DNA of 59,097 nt, filler included, from Sphacelaria rigidula (lineage: Eukaryota): assembly GCA_964200075.2 (NCBI GenBank). It is 8 parts of 8 records of this genome, joined end to end, with 100 filler letters (N's around TTAATTAATTAA, not from the genome) between each part and the next. Parts side by side here need not be neighbours in the genome. Positions count along the whole stretch, not along the records: positions 22,201 to 29,500 come from CAXNAA020015554.1; positions 29,601 to 36,900 come from CAXNAA020015555.1; 6 more parts are not named here. One strand, written 5' to 3'. The notes under the pieces are model-generated. The model saw only the letters and a list, made by a program, of their open reading frames with translations, ran no database searches and was not told the DNA's origin. This document shows positions 23,825 through 34,040 of the stretch, one piece after another. Position numbers and translations under genes: made by a program. The first letter of the stretch is position 1. Each line of letters starts with the position of its first letter.

Positions 23825-24100
23825 CTACAACTTCCATTCATCTTCCACGACGACGGTCTCGAGCATCCTCAAAGTTTTTCGGGTGAGATCCTGCAAGCCC
23901 AACCGTTGATAAAAGTCCAGCAAAGGTCCAGCACCCCGCCCGGCTCCCAGCTGGAAGTATCGCGCTTCACCCACAGGCCGGATTCCCGCGACACTTTGTT
24001 GGCTCTGGTCATCCCGTGGAGGTCGCAGAGGCACGTCCGTGCGAAGATTGACGACCTCACGTGCCAAGAGAATTCGAGCACGAGTCTCCTCGACGACCGC
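23825..24100 (-). CDS. 5'-3' exonuclease (DNA polymerase I N-terminal type), last exon
   Basis: CAG acceptor, phase 0; AVVEETRARILLAREVVNLRTDVPL...LLDFYQRLGLQDLTRK...EWKL then TAG; fits the end of the 5'-3' exonuclease C-terminal fold. Confidence 0.8.
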   Translation of the reverse strand, partial: AVVEETRARILLAREVVNLRTDVPLRPPRDDQSQQSVAGIRPVGEARYFQLGAGRGAGPLLDFYQRLGLQDLTRKTLRMLETVVVEDEWKL

Positions 24101-24675
24101 CTGAATTGCGAATGATTTGCGACACGAATTGCCCAGCTTTTGGTAAGTGCTGCTGTTGCATGGAAGCACAACTAACAACGTTTTCCGTCTCGAAAACTTT
24201 TTTTTTTTCTCTGGCAACGAATGGATGAATGATGGGCTGTAGTGGTGCAACAGCGTGGGTGTGCCACAGATCATGGGCCTCCGAACAAGAGCACAAGTCA
24301 GTACAACACAACATGCACATACACAGTGCAGATAAACGTCTACCACACGGCACAACATACAATAACGTTTTCGTGAGATCGAGAGTAAAGCGCTGATTGA
24401 GAGTGGCTTTGAACATTCGCTCGAACTTAGCCATTTTTTTATTCCGTGCGTGCTTTTCTTTGCCTCCATCACTGGCGTGTGCTTACAGCTACACGTCAAT
24501 GTCCTACTCAGGAATAACAGGGGCCTCAGTGACAAGTTACTACAGAAATCATATTAGGCATCGTGGAGAGGCATTTCGGAACAGGAACGATTAATTGACT
24601 AATTGACCGCTTTTCACTCTCAATCTCATCCTCTACTCTCAATCTCACGAAAAAATACTGCTATACATGCATCAA

Positions 24676-25715
24676 CCCTTTTGGGACCGACCCCCCACTA
24701 ACACAGGGTTGACCCTGTGTTCGTGAAATGATACAAAAATAAGTCTTCCAGCGACCTGCCCAATTTAGGCGAGGCGAAATTTATCGACCAGGCCCGAACG
24801 ACCAGCTCGGGGATTGTTGGCGAGTGTGATGCCACTGCAAAGATCCTGTGGGGGCCCTATCCCTGGCCCAGATAAGCATTCCTAGGTTTCGAAGTGCAGG
24901 GCGGTCAGAACTTGGTTTATGGTATTACTCGCACTCAGTGTAGCGTTCCCGAGTTTTTCCGGAGGGTTTTTTGGGCCAAATTCTACACTAAAACGTTGTG
25001 ATTACACTAACGCAGAGTGGAGCGGAAAAAACTGAGAAGGAGTGTACATGCCACAATGTGGTCATTTTCACGAGGCACTAAAACCAGATGGGCTGTGAAA
25101 AGACAAAAGGAGCTACCGTCATCAGTTCTGCTTATCCCTTTGCCGATGACTTGCAGTGTGCAGTGGACAAGTATGTAGTGGATGGGGATGAAGAAGCTGT
25201 ATATAGGCAATTGATCTCGGTAGCTGAAAACTGCCCAGAACGTTGGCGTCAGTATGCTGCTGCAACTGCGACGGCGATCGGGGAGGCGTACTACACTGCA
25301 CTGTACTATGCTGTATGCATGCGCGCCGCAACGCTAATACCCTTCGAAGAGAATTTGCCGTATGCAATAAAGAGGGAAATGGCGGCCCACCTCGACCACA
25401 AGGGCTGTGTGGCGAGATGATGGGGACAATAATATCATCCATAGCCACAAGTGGCGGGCGGCCCGCCGGTCGACGCACCCTGTTGGAAGCTCTCTGCCAC
25501 GACCCATACTGCTTGTTACATCAGATGTACTGTACACTACTAGATGCGCACCCTGCACCTGGAAATAAATAGATTGGATTAAACTTTCGGTCTTCGTCAT
25601 AACCCTGCGGTTACTTACGCGGATTTCACGCGCCACTGTCTGTTCCGTGCGGACGCCAGATACGTCATTCCTAACCAGTCTCATTGGTCGTTCTGGAGGC
25701 CCGTCCCCAAAAGGG
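24676..25715. mobile_element. piggyBac-like non-autonomous element in an intron
   Basis: TCAA|CCCTTTTGGGAC ... GTCCCCAAAAGGG|TTAA. Confidence 0.65.
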
Positions 25716-25719
25716 TTAA

Positions 25720-25930
25720 TTATCGCACATTAACTGACCTTCGAGGGATCCGGCGATGGTCATTATCCACAAGATAGATATACCCAAGGAACACGGAACG
25801 GAAACACTCGCTAAAACAAATACGGGGGGAAAACAAAAACAAAAAACAGAACAAAATGAAGGCAACCGAGACAAGAAAAAAGGCACCAAGCAGAGAAAGG
25901 AAAGGAAAAGAAAGGAAAGGAGTAGAAAAA
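25720..25930 (-). mobile_element. Retroposon family J, 3' part
   Basis: GCGAGTGTTTC..TTGGGTATATCTATC..GACCATCGCCGGATCCCT, homologous to 51258-51475 and 49040-49206. Confidence 0.5.
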
Positions 25931-26375
25931 TGAAACAAAAAACCCGGCGTCTCAGTGAAAAACAATGGGGGCAAAAGTAGCCAAGGCCGGGCCCTGCAGC
26001 ATGCCTTCAGCTGAGGAGGCCGTGCGCAGAAAACACACATACACCCCATATCCCACACACAAAACAAAACAAAAAGTCCGTATGGAAAGAAACAGAAAAC
26101 AGCTACTTGTAAGCTATTCCGGTACCACATATTATGTGGACATGAGCTCTTCTCACCCGCGAGCCCTATGGGAAAGCAAGGCACATGCACTGCTGCCGCG
26201 TAACGCTGGGACATGACTGTAAGTAAAACAGAATTGTGTCGGTGAAGCATGGACGAGGCAGCAAGTGATGAATGGCGTTCTCGCAACACTCGAAAACATA
26301 ACGTGCGTCACAAGATATAACGTACGTCACAAGATCGAGGTGCGACTCACCACAACAACAACAAAAAAATCTCAC

Positions 26376-26453
26376 CGGATCTTTTTTTTTCTTCGTCAAT
26401 GTTGCACAAATTTCGTCGATTGCTCCCTCCAAGGTTTTATGCTTCGCCAATAC
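26376..26453 (-). CDS. 5'-3' exonuclease, internal exon
   Basis: TAG acceptor and GTGAG donor, 78 nt, phase 0; VLAKHKTLEGAIDEICATLTKKKKDP continues the H3TH motif (LL..YGSLE.I equivalent). Confidence 0.75.
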
Positions 26454-26932
26454 CTACCGCGAGCGCGGGGCGGGGGCGCGTGATCTTGGATCATGAATCA
26501 TGACACATACCAAGGGAAGCAACGAGAATACCAGGAAACGCACAGCCACTGTAGAATCTTATCGGGTAACCACACTACCGTCAATGGTACTCCATCATGC
26601 CACAAACGAATAACCAGTGGCCAGAAACCGGCAACATGAGGCGGCGTCATGCTAACGAACAGACAGCAGAGATGAGCAGACACTTCTCGCCATTTTTGAG
26701 ACAGTTCAGGGCACAGAACAGCTTCGGCGAATTGCTCGCAAACTTCCGAGCTGTGCTATTAATTTCACCTTTCCGCCCGTCTTCTTTCATTTTACCTCGC
26801 GGGACATGAGTAGAAAGGAGGCAATACCCCCGCGTTCTCGGTGGAAACGACTGAAACCGGGTCGAGCTCATCTTTCTTTCGCGCTCCCCCCCCCCCTCCT
26901 CCCCCCCCTCCCCCCCCCAAAAAAAGCCAATA

Positions 26933-27200
26933 GAGCAATGCTACTATAATACGGAAGGGGTGCACTTTTTTGCGCGACATCTCGTCTGGTTCAGGGGCTC
27001 CTCACGATTCTAGATTGATAAGAATATGTGTCAGGGCATCCCCGTTTGCAAATTCATTCGGGATATCCCCGGCACATTGGAATAGTAGTCTTGGCGGTAC
27101 TCTCAAATATTTTCATAAGTCGTGTTCTGGACGAGATAAAGGGTTCCCAACAATTCTAATCCTAAAAAAATACATGTGCACCCCTACCGTAGCATCACTC
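26933..27200. mobile_element. MITE with family E termini and a different body
   Basis: GAGCAATGCTAC ... CCCCTACCGTAGCATCACTC; flanks AATA/CATA. Confidence 0.75.
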
Positions 27201-27411
27201 CATATCCCCGCAGTCAAGAGGGGCCAGAAAGAACCATGTGTATCTTTTCCCCTGACCATTGTCCACATACAAAGGATACACTGTACCTGTACATAATATC
27301 CGATTTTGTCGTCTAAAACTTGTCGGAAGGGATTGGGTCGCCAACAAAACCCTACAGAAAAGGGGGGCGGCAGAACGGCAGAACAGACGGAGGTATTTGG
27401 GTACCACATCA

Positions 27412-27686
27412 GAGCACTGCTATGGTAGGGGTTACACTTTTTGTTTCCGGGTCTCTTTTTTGTAGGAGCCCAAATATATGAGGCTTACTGTGCAACCCAA
27501 ATCTCGGGGAACCTGGAAATCAGAAACACAGTGTTTGCACGCAGGGGCCTTTTCGTGAGTCGGCATCATTTTTTGTCTTCTTCAAGTAACAGTGATGTCG
27601 ATTCTCAAAATGACCCGTCCAACACCCCGAGCAGCCCCGAGAAACGTTTTCGCTAGAGAAGTGCAACCCCTACCGTAGTATTGCTC
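27412..27686. mobile_element. MITE family E, opposite orientation
   Basis: GAGCACTGCTATGGTAGGGG ... CCCCTACCGTAGTATTGCTC; flanks ATCA/ATCT. Confidence 0.88.
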
Positions 27687-27904
27687 ATCTAGCCTACACA
27701 GGGGCAGTGAAGAGGTTCTTTAAAGGTAAGGATCTACCCCTGATGCTCACGCACGTGCAGACTTCTTCTGTACCATAAGCCAGGGCAGTTAAGGTTGCCC
27801 GAACCCTCACCAGTGTCCGATTCTTACTTGCGTTTTATCTAATGCATTTCGTAACGTTTTTTTTTTCAGTGAAACCGACAGTTTTTATCCCAACTTTTTT
27901 TTTG

Positions 27905-28205
27905 TTTTTCTCACACTTTCAATCCTTCCCCTTCCTCGGGATGAGTCCATGGTCTCAAGGAATCAACCCATCTCTCCCCCGGTACGCGCCTTTCATTTTG
28001 GTCTCGCAGATTGGGTCAGAACTCCCGCACCGCGTCAACTTCCGTCACACAAACCCAGTCAACTACTTTGTTTACTGACGTTCTCACACTTTCCACGGTG
28101 GAAGTCATACACTACAAAGAAAAAACCCAACGCATCGGGAATCGAACCCCCGTTCTCTCCACCCTAATGGCGACAGTCGGGGTATTACACCACCAACAGA
28201 TTTGA
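27905..28205 (-). mobile_element. tRNA-derived SINE family D
   Basis: B box GGTTCGATTCCC; body GACGCGGTGCGGGAG..GCGAGACCAAAATG..CCGAGGAAGGGG shared with other D copies. Confidence 0.7.
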
Positions 28206-28706
28206 ATTACCCCCACGCGGCCGAACGGCCGAGGGGAACCAGACGGCCCGAAAGTGTCCGTACTTCGCCCCCTTTTCCGGGGGCAAGAAAACGAAACTAA
28301 TTAAAAACGCTGAGAAAACGAAAAAAAAAGGAGTCCAAAACTCTTTGCTTTTGCTTACTTCCCGTGCTGAGGCTAGCTACGCCTCGTCCAGAACCACTTT
28401 GTCGCGTGTTGACTCATGTCCAGCACGAGAACGCCAAAAAACGGTCAGAGTTGGTGAAAAAAAAAACGGATATGAAGGGGATAAAATTATATAATATTTT
28501 AGTCCGAATTCAGCAAAAAATATATACGTAAGGTTTCGTCATTCTTTCATCGGCTTCCCGTAAGTTTCATCATCCCAACGATACCAACTTTAGTGTCTGT
28601 CGCACAAAAGCTGTTGGGGGGTGACGGCGGGCTCCCTCCCTGTAAACCCAGAGAATTCTAACTGATGGGACAGAAGAAGTATCACTTGTATCGTGGCAGC
28701 ATCTAC

Positions 28707-28823
28707 CTTCGCTGCGTTGACGGGGCCGTATCCATCTGCCCCCTTTATCCCGTCGGACTTGTCCCCCGCAATAGCCAATAAGTCGGCAAGCCGCCCGGGT
28801 GGGGCAAGGTACTTGGCAAGTAC
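28707..28823 (-). CDS. 5'-3' exonuclease, exon with helix-3-turn-helix (H3TH) motif
   Basis: AG/GT bounded, 117 nt, phase 0; VLAKYLAPPGRLADLLAIAGDKSDGIKGADGYGPVNAAK matches D.LAL.GD.SD.I.G..G.G...A.K. Confidence 0.88.
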
Positions 28824-28954
28824 CTTTGTCCGTCCGTCCATTCGTCCGCCCGTACATGCATAGAGAGAGAGAACCACGTTCGTGCACGCGTGCAACGCTC
28901 AGGTGGAAAACATGACAAAAACAACGAGACTCGAGTGACGGTACGGTACGGTAG

Positions 28955-29092
28955 CACACCCTGGACAAAATATCATGTTGTAAAAAAATGTACTGCGTAC
29001 AGTATGGAATCTATTGTCTATTGCAACAGGCGCGATAGTCGATACTGTACGCAGTACACTTTTTGACTGTGTATTCTTTTGTCCAGGGTGTG
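28955..29092. mobile_element. 138-bp palindromic MITE (CAC...GTG, 2-bp TSD; CMC/CACTA-like)
   Basis: CACACCCTGGACAAAA / TTTTGTCCAGGGTGTG plus inner GTACTGCGTACAGTAT / ATACTGTACGCAGTAC; flanked by AG on both sides. Confidence 0.85.
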
Positions 29093-29163
29093 AGAGTGTG
29101 CTTTATGCCCGAAGACCTTTTCCACCGACGCCATGTTGCAGAGGCCGGCCATTTCTAGTTATT

Positions 29164-29196
<33 letters not shown>
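29164..29196 (+). repeat. (TTG)11 microsatellite
   Basis: Read directly. Confidence 0.95.
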
Positions 29197-29197
<1 letters not shown>

Positions 29198-29500
29198 CTT
29201 CGTCCTTGTAATTGTGTTGTTCTTCCTATTTTCTTTTTGTTCTCCCTTCGCCCACTCCGTCCGTCCTACCTTCATGATTTCTTCACTTTTCTTCGCAAAG
29301 GTGGGGGGAAAGGGCCGACGACACACACGCACATACGCACGCATGCACACAAGAATGAAAGGCTACCTGGCAACACTAGTTCGTACATGTCAGAACAGAA
29401 AAAAACTCATGGCAAGGGGGGGGGGGGGGGGGGAAGAGGGTTTGATTCCAAAAAAAGGGGGGTTTACGGGGGTGTGTTAAGCCCACCTAACTCTCCGCGG

Positions 29501-29600
29501 NNNNNNNNNNNNNNNNNNNNNNNNNNNNNNNNNNNNNNNNNNNNTTAATTAATTAANNNNNNNNNNNNNNNNNNNNNNNNNNNNNNNNNNNNNNNNNNNN
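29501..29600. other. Artificial contig linker
   Basis: N44-TTAATTAATTAA-N44. Confidence 0.98.
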
Positions 29601-29614
29601 GGGGGGGGGGGGGG

Positions 29615-29652
29615 CGTACTCATTTGCTGCTTGCTTCAGTCGTTTGACCATT
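29615..29652 (-). mobile_element. 38-bp LINE family A 3' tip between two G14 runs
   Basis: Minus strand reads C14-AATGGTCAAACGACTGAAGCAAGCAGCAAATGAGTACG-C14 (one run reaches the contig end). Confidence 0.8.
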
Positions 29653-30068
29653 GGGGGGGGGGGGGGCTATTGCAGCGTTACTCATGTACCCGCGTGTGCA
29701 ATTTCCCGAACCTGAACAGCAATGAGGAAAATACAACTTCCGCCGTATCTGAAGGTGCTCTTGTTTCACGCAAGGGCAACCCAGTGCTGGATACTGAAGT
29801 TTGCGCTTTTTTGACTGAGCTGTTGGTGACTGGCTTGACATGATCCCAGAAATATGTATACCGCAACAGAAGATCGACTTCGAACAAGCTGGATCCACCA
29901 GTGCCATACATACTCGGAAATGGTCGGAAGGCAGTCTACATGGTACAGCCTTGTCACGGAATTCTCTAGGGTGTGTTGGGTTGAGTGATCTCCAAGGGTC
30001 CTCCTACACGTCACACTCACTCGTTACGTTCACGTTTCACGTCGAAAGTCGCCAAAAGTTAAGCCAGG

Positions 30069-30322
30069 CTTTTTTTTTTCTACCTTGACGGGAGGAGGAA
30101 ACCCAACACAACACTTGGAACCTGCAAGCGACTTTCGCAAGCGAGTTCGTGTGCCGAATACCCGAAGGCTCGGTTGGACCACTTTGCGGGTGTCATGTGG
30201 GGAAGGCGCCTCGAGCCGTGGCTCAAAGGAAGGAGTTTGGGGAATGCTCCCATTAAAACCCCTTGTCAACTTGGCGCAGTAAACGCACCACCCTGCCCTT
30301 GAAAGCTTCGACCCTAGAAGTC
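30069..30322 (-). mobile_element. Poly(A)-tailed retroposon 3' fragment, family H
   Basis: T-run at left, CAGGCTT on both sides; homologous to 38507-38780 (GTGGGG.AGGCGCCTCGAGC, TGGGGAA, CTTGGCG). Confidence 0.6.
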
Positions 30323-30755
30323 AGGCTTGGCTAGTACCACGGTGTCGTACGGGTATCACGTGGGGAGCCCTGTTAAACCCCCTTGGTACGGGCGATGGAA
30401 GAGTGCTGATTTCAAGATGCTAGTTTTTTTCATCAAGATACGGCTGATTGTTTGCAGCTTCCAGGAGCCACTATTTCGGCCAAGGCGTGTTTTTCAGACC
30501 CGCGACTGCTTCCAACTGGCGGTGAATCGCGCAAATACGGTATCGCACCTCAGTCCTTCCACGTGTGGTGGAGGGATTTCTCTGCTCTCGGCCATGCTAC
30601 TTTGTTGCTCTGATGTGACTTTAGCACGAATGCCCAAGTGTTGGGCGGGTACGACTTTGGGGCTGCAGCACAACAGTACTCCGGTTAGGTGCGTGACCTT
30701 CATGAATGTGTGCCGCAGTGCCGCAGTGCTACGCAGGACTACATATATAGGAAAT

Positions 30756-31018
30756 GACACTTTCTACGATAGCCCCCCTCCCCCCCCCGAAAAACTAGCC
30801 CGAAATTGTCACGAAAAAAATGGCCATACAGCGCCTGATGTTCGGGTTCAGGCTGCATGGAGCGACTGATACCGGCGACATTAGCTAGAACGAAGCCAAG
30901 CGTGGGAATTTCCGGCTACTCGTTGTGTTCGGCTTCTCTCATATCGATTTCTGTGAAGGTTTTGCCTCCCGAAACCATACCACTTTTGGGGGAGGTGGGG
31001 GCTATCGTAAAAAGTGTC
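30756..31018. mobile_element. MITE family F, complete copy
   Basis: GACACTTTCTACGATAGCCCCC ... GGGGGCTATCGTAAAAAGTGTC; flanks AAAT/GAAT. Confidence 0.85.
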
Positions 31019-32104
31019 GAATATCAAGGTGCTGATTTTTGTTGTATGAAATTCAGAGGCCGCGGTGGTGCTTTTTGCTGTGTTCTTTGGGGTAAATATA
31101 CTCTGCCTGCTGCGTCCCCTCATTCGATCAAACTAATCCGACCGCACCGGGGTGACATTTTTGGTGCGAGCATGACGTATGTCGTTGGATTCTTCTGTGA
31201 CCTTCCGCCGTAAAAATGGTCGTTGTCGGTATTTCCTTTTCTCGTATTTCCTTATTTTTCAGCGCTTGAAATACTGAGGCGCCTGGACCGCAGACGGGAT
31301 GTGGGAGGGTTCCCAAATGGTTGGGAGTCGAGTGAAAATAGGGCTCCTCATGTGGTCTCCGTCCCCCACCGTGGTACTAGCCTGGCTTAACTTTTGACGA
31401 CTTTTGACGACTTTTGACGTGAAACGTGAACCTAGCGAATGTATATCCTACAGTCGGGTATTTTGAAAATCGTGTCGTAGGTACCCATAATTCGGGAAAT
31501 GCATCTACATCGTACCCAACAACGCCCAGGCTCTCGGTAAAGGATTGCGATCATACTTCTCTCTACTTATTGGATCGAGGTGGGAGGTCGGACCATCTCA
31601 ACATATTATTCGGGTGAGTAAATACCCGGTCTGTGTATGGTAAGTTGCTCGTGTCCTGTCCAAAAAGTGAAGTACACTCATCATAGCGCCCGTGGTGACA
31701 GTGATCTGCACACACTTCATTTTCCAGATATTTTTGTCCTTCGGGGTGCTGGTTTTTTCACCTGTATATCGAGCGGATATGCATCTACACGTATATCCGA
31801 AATTTCATGGAAAACATATCTTCACGCACCGAAAATGCGTCATGTTCTACACCCACCCGAACAGCGATGATGAGAAATATAACTTCCGCCGTTTCTGAAG
31901 GCGTTCTTGTTTTTACACAAGTGCTGCCCAGTGCTGGATACTGAAGTTAGCGCTTTTTTTCCGAGCTATGAGTGTCGGGTAGGCATGCTTTGGAAAACGA
32001 ATGTACGTGAAATAACTCAAATATCGCATGCGGTACGGCCATTGGTAGCTGGAGGGTTGCAGCTCGAGAAAACTTTGTTATCCTCCCCCCTCGCCTGCCC
32101 CCCT

Positions 32105-32292
32105 ACGCGCGTCTCGCCGAACACACCACGGCGTTTCGCGCGCTTCGTGCGCTTCGTGCTTGGTGAACAAATGCGAGCCTGGTTGGGCAAAAACCCGGCG
32201 TGCTCCGTCCCGTCTTTGCAGGGATACGAGGTCAACGGTGTCATGAACAACGGCATGCAATATCACGAGTATCCCCCCACCTCCCGCCCCCC
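32105..32292 (+). mobile_element. Family B retroposon, 5'-truncated
   Basis: B tail ending TATCACGAGTATCCCCCC; similar C-rich tracts on both sides (decayed TSD). Confidence 0.8.
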
Positions 32293-32308
32293 GGAAATAT
32301 GGACTTGA

Positions 32309-32410
32309 CCCTCAGACCGCGGTGCGGGTAGTCCATCTGGATCATGCATGATTTTCCCTAGTGAAAATTGATGCCGATTCAGCAGGTGACCTACCCTCGC
32401 GGTCAAGGGG
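32309..32410. mobile_element. ~100-bp piggyBac-like MITE
   Basis: TTGA|CCCTCAGACCGCG ... CGCGGTCAAGGGG|TTAA. Confidence 0.6.
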
Positions 32411-32417
32411 TTAATTT

Positions 32418-32479
32418 CTCATGTGTTGCTTGCCTTAGTCGTTTGATCATTGACCACGCATCCCTTTCGAGACGGAGCA
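32418..32479 (-). mobile_element. LINE family A 3' end fragment
   Basis: Minus strand TGCTCCGTCTCGAAAGGGATGCGTGGTCAATGATCAAACGACTAAGGCAAGCAAC. Confidence 0.8.
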
Positions 32480-33279
32480 ACCCCCCGAACCCGGTTAGAC
32501 ACCCGTGGGGCAGTGTAAAAGCCATGGCTGTCTCTGGAAGTGGAGATACCACAGAAAAAAGCAACTCATTGTCGGCTGTCATCCAAATGCAAGATAATCA
32601 GTAGGCTTCGGGGGTGGGTGGGGGTAGGAGTGTGAGTAACCCCGTCGGAAACCGTTGAAGATTTTTACTAGTGTGAATGATCATGATTGTGACTTGAAAA
32701 CGACTGAAGATGATGCCGAATCACAAGAATGATAAATGTCCAAAGAGTTCCAAAAGGGTTGAAAACGCCTCCATTTCTATTCTTGTCTTGCCGTTCTCGC
32801 CACGTGGTGCTTTTGCCGCTCTCTGTATCCATGGCTTACCCTTCGATGTCCAGTGTAGGTCGTAAGTTTGGTCATCATTTTTCTTTTTCACTCGATAAAT
32901 AAATGCGAGGCCGATATAACCCACCGTGGCGAGCAAAAGGCCCATCCGATAGGTGTATGTATATTTTGTGCGCAATCTTCGCCCCCCATTCGCCGTCTCC
33001 CGAGGCGCCGGGAGTTCCTCTAAATGAGTACCAATGCGTCGGGAATCCCGACATCATGAGTGATCGAGCAGACTTTGACTCACCAAATTGGAAGAAGGCT
33101 AGGGCTGTGTCTTGGCACTATCCGTTTTCGATCGAAAAAGTGCGGCAAAAAGCGAAGATCCTGATATGATAAACCGTGTTTTCAAGCATAGAAGACTTTC
33201 GGGATGATGGTTGAAATTGCGATCTGCATCAGGTCTGGATTTTCGTTTTTCACCGCACAAAATCGATCGAAAACTAGTG

Positions 33280-33722
33280 GTGCCAAGGCTACTTCTTCTG
33301 TATCGAAAAATGAATCTTGTTGAGACGTGCGTTTTTTTGGCTTTTCTCCGTTGTTTTTTTCCCTCTAAAAGAGGGCTAGGCGGATGTTGATACCTTGGAA
33401 TGACTTGCAATACTTGGTCAAACTTGCATTTTCAATAACGAACAGTCAAGTTGCCGAAAACAAATGGCAGCAGTTTCGTCGCTGTTTTTTTGATAACTTG
33501 AGCGTTCGTCCTGGATAATGTAATATTGGCCAAGAACGAAACGGTGACCTACGGGAAACGCAAAGGTGATCTAGAACCGTCTCGGCGAGTAGAGCAAGTC
33601 ATTCCAAGGTGTCAACGTCCGCCTAGCCCCCTTTCTCGGGGGAAAAACGACGGAGGAGGGCCGAAAATGCACTTTTGTAACAGAATTCATTTTTTGATCA
33701 CATGAGATTGAGCCTGGGTCAC
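33280..33722. mobile_element. Foldback element with ~130-bp imperfect inverted arms
   Basis: GGGCTAGGCGGATGTTGATACCTTGGAATGACTTGC versus GCAAGTCATTCCAAGGTGTCAACGTCCGCCTAGCCC. Confidence 0.7.
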
Positions 33723-33884
33723 TCCCTAATTGGCATGGAAGTATCTACCCCGCCTCTCTCTCTCTCTCTGACTTGATGTGTAGAAAGTCGCGTCATGATT
33801 GTCTCCAGCACCTTCCTTTGCCGAGTTGGACACGTCATGACTCAACTCAGTTATCATGTGGTATATAGTCCATCCCGATAAAAG

Positions 33885-34040
33885 AGGTACCGCTGAGTAC
33901 TCAGCAGCCGAGTTGTACCTGCGGTGAAGGGTTCGTTATTGTTTGCACCCCATGGAGTTTTTCTCACACAATGCCCCAACAGTGGAAAGCGACCATGTCG
34001 TGAGTACACAAATATCGACCTAACGGTCGACAAGGGTCCC
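33885..34040 (+). mobile_element. SINE family C, diverged head and body
   Basis: TTTTTCTCACAC.ATGCCC.AACAGTGGA.AGCGACCATGTCGT shared with 53660-53735. Confidence 0.7.

Larger units (their letters stand above)
30018..31441. mobile_element. CACTC-ended TIR element with nested insertions
   Basis: CACTCGTTACGTTCACGTTTCACGTCGAAAGTCGCCAAAAGTTAAGCCAGGCT is mirrored at 31379-31441; the TIR resumes at ~30330 (GGCTAGTACCACGGTG / CACCGTGGTACTAGCC). Confidence 0.7.
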
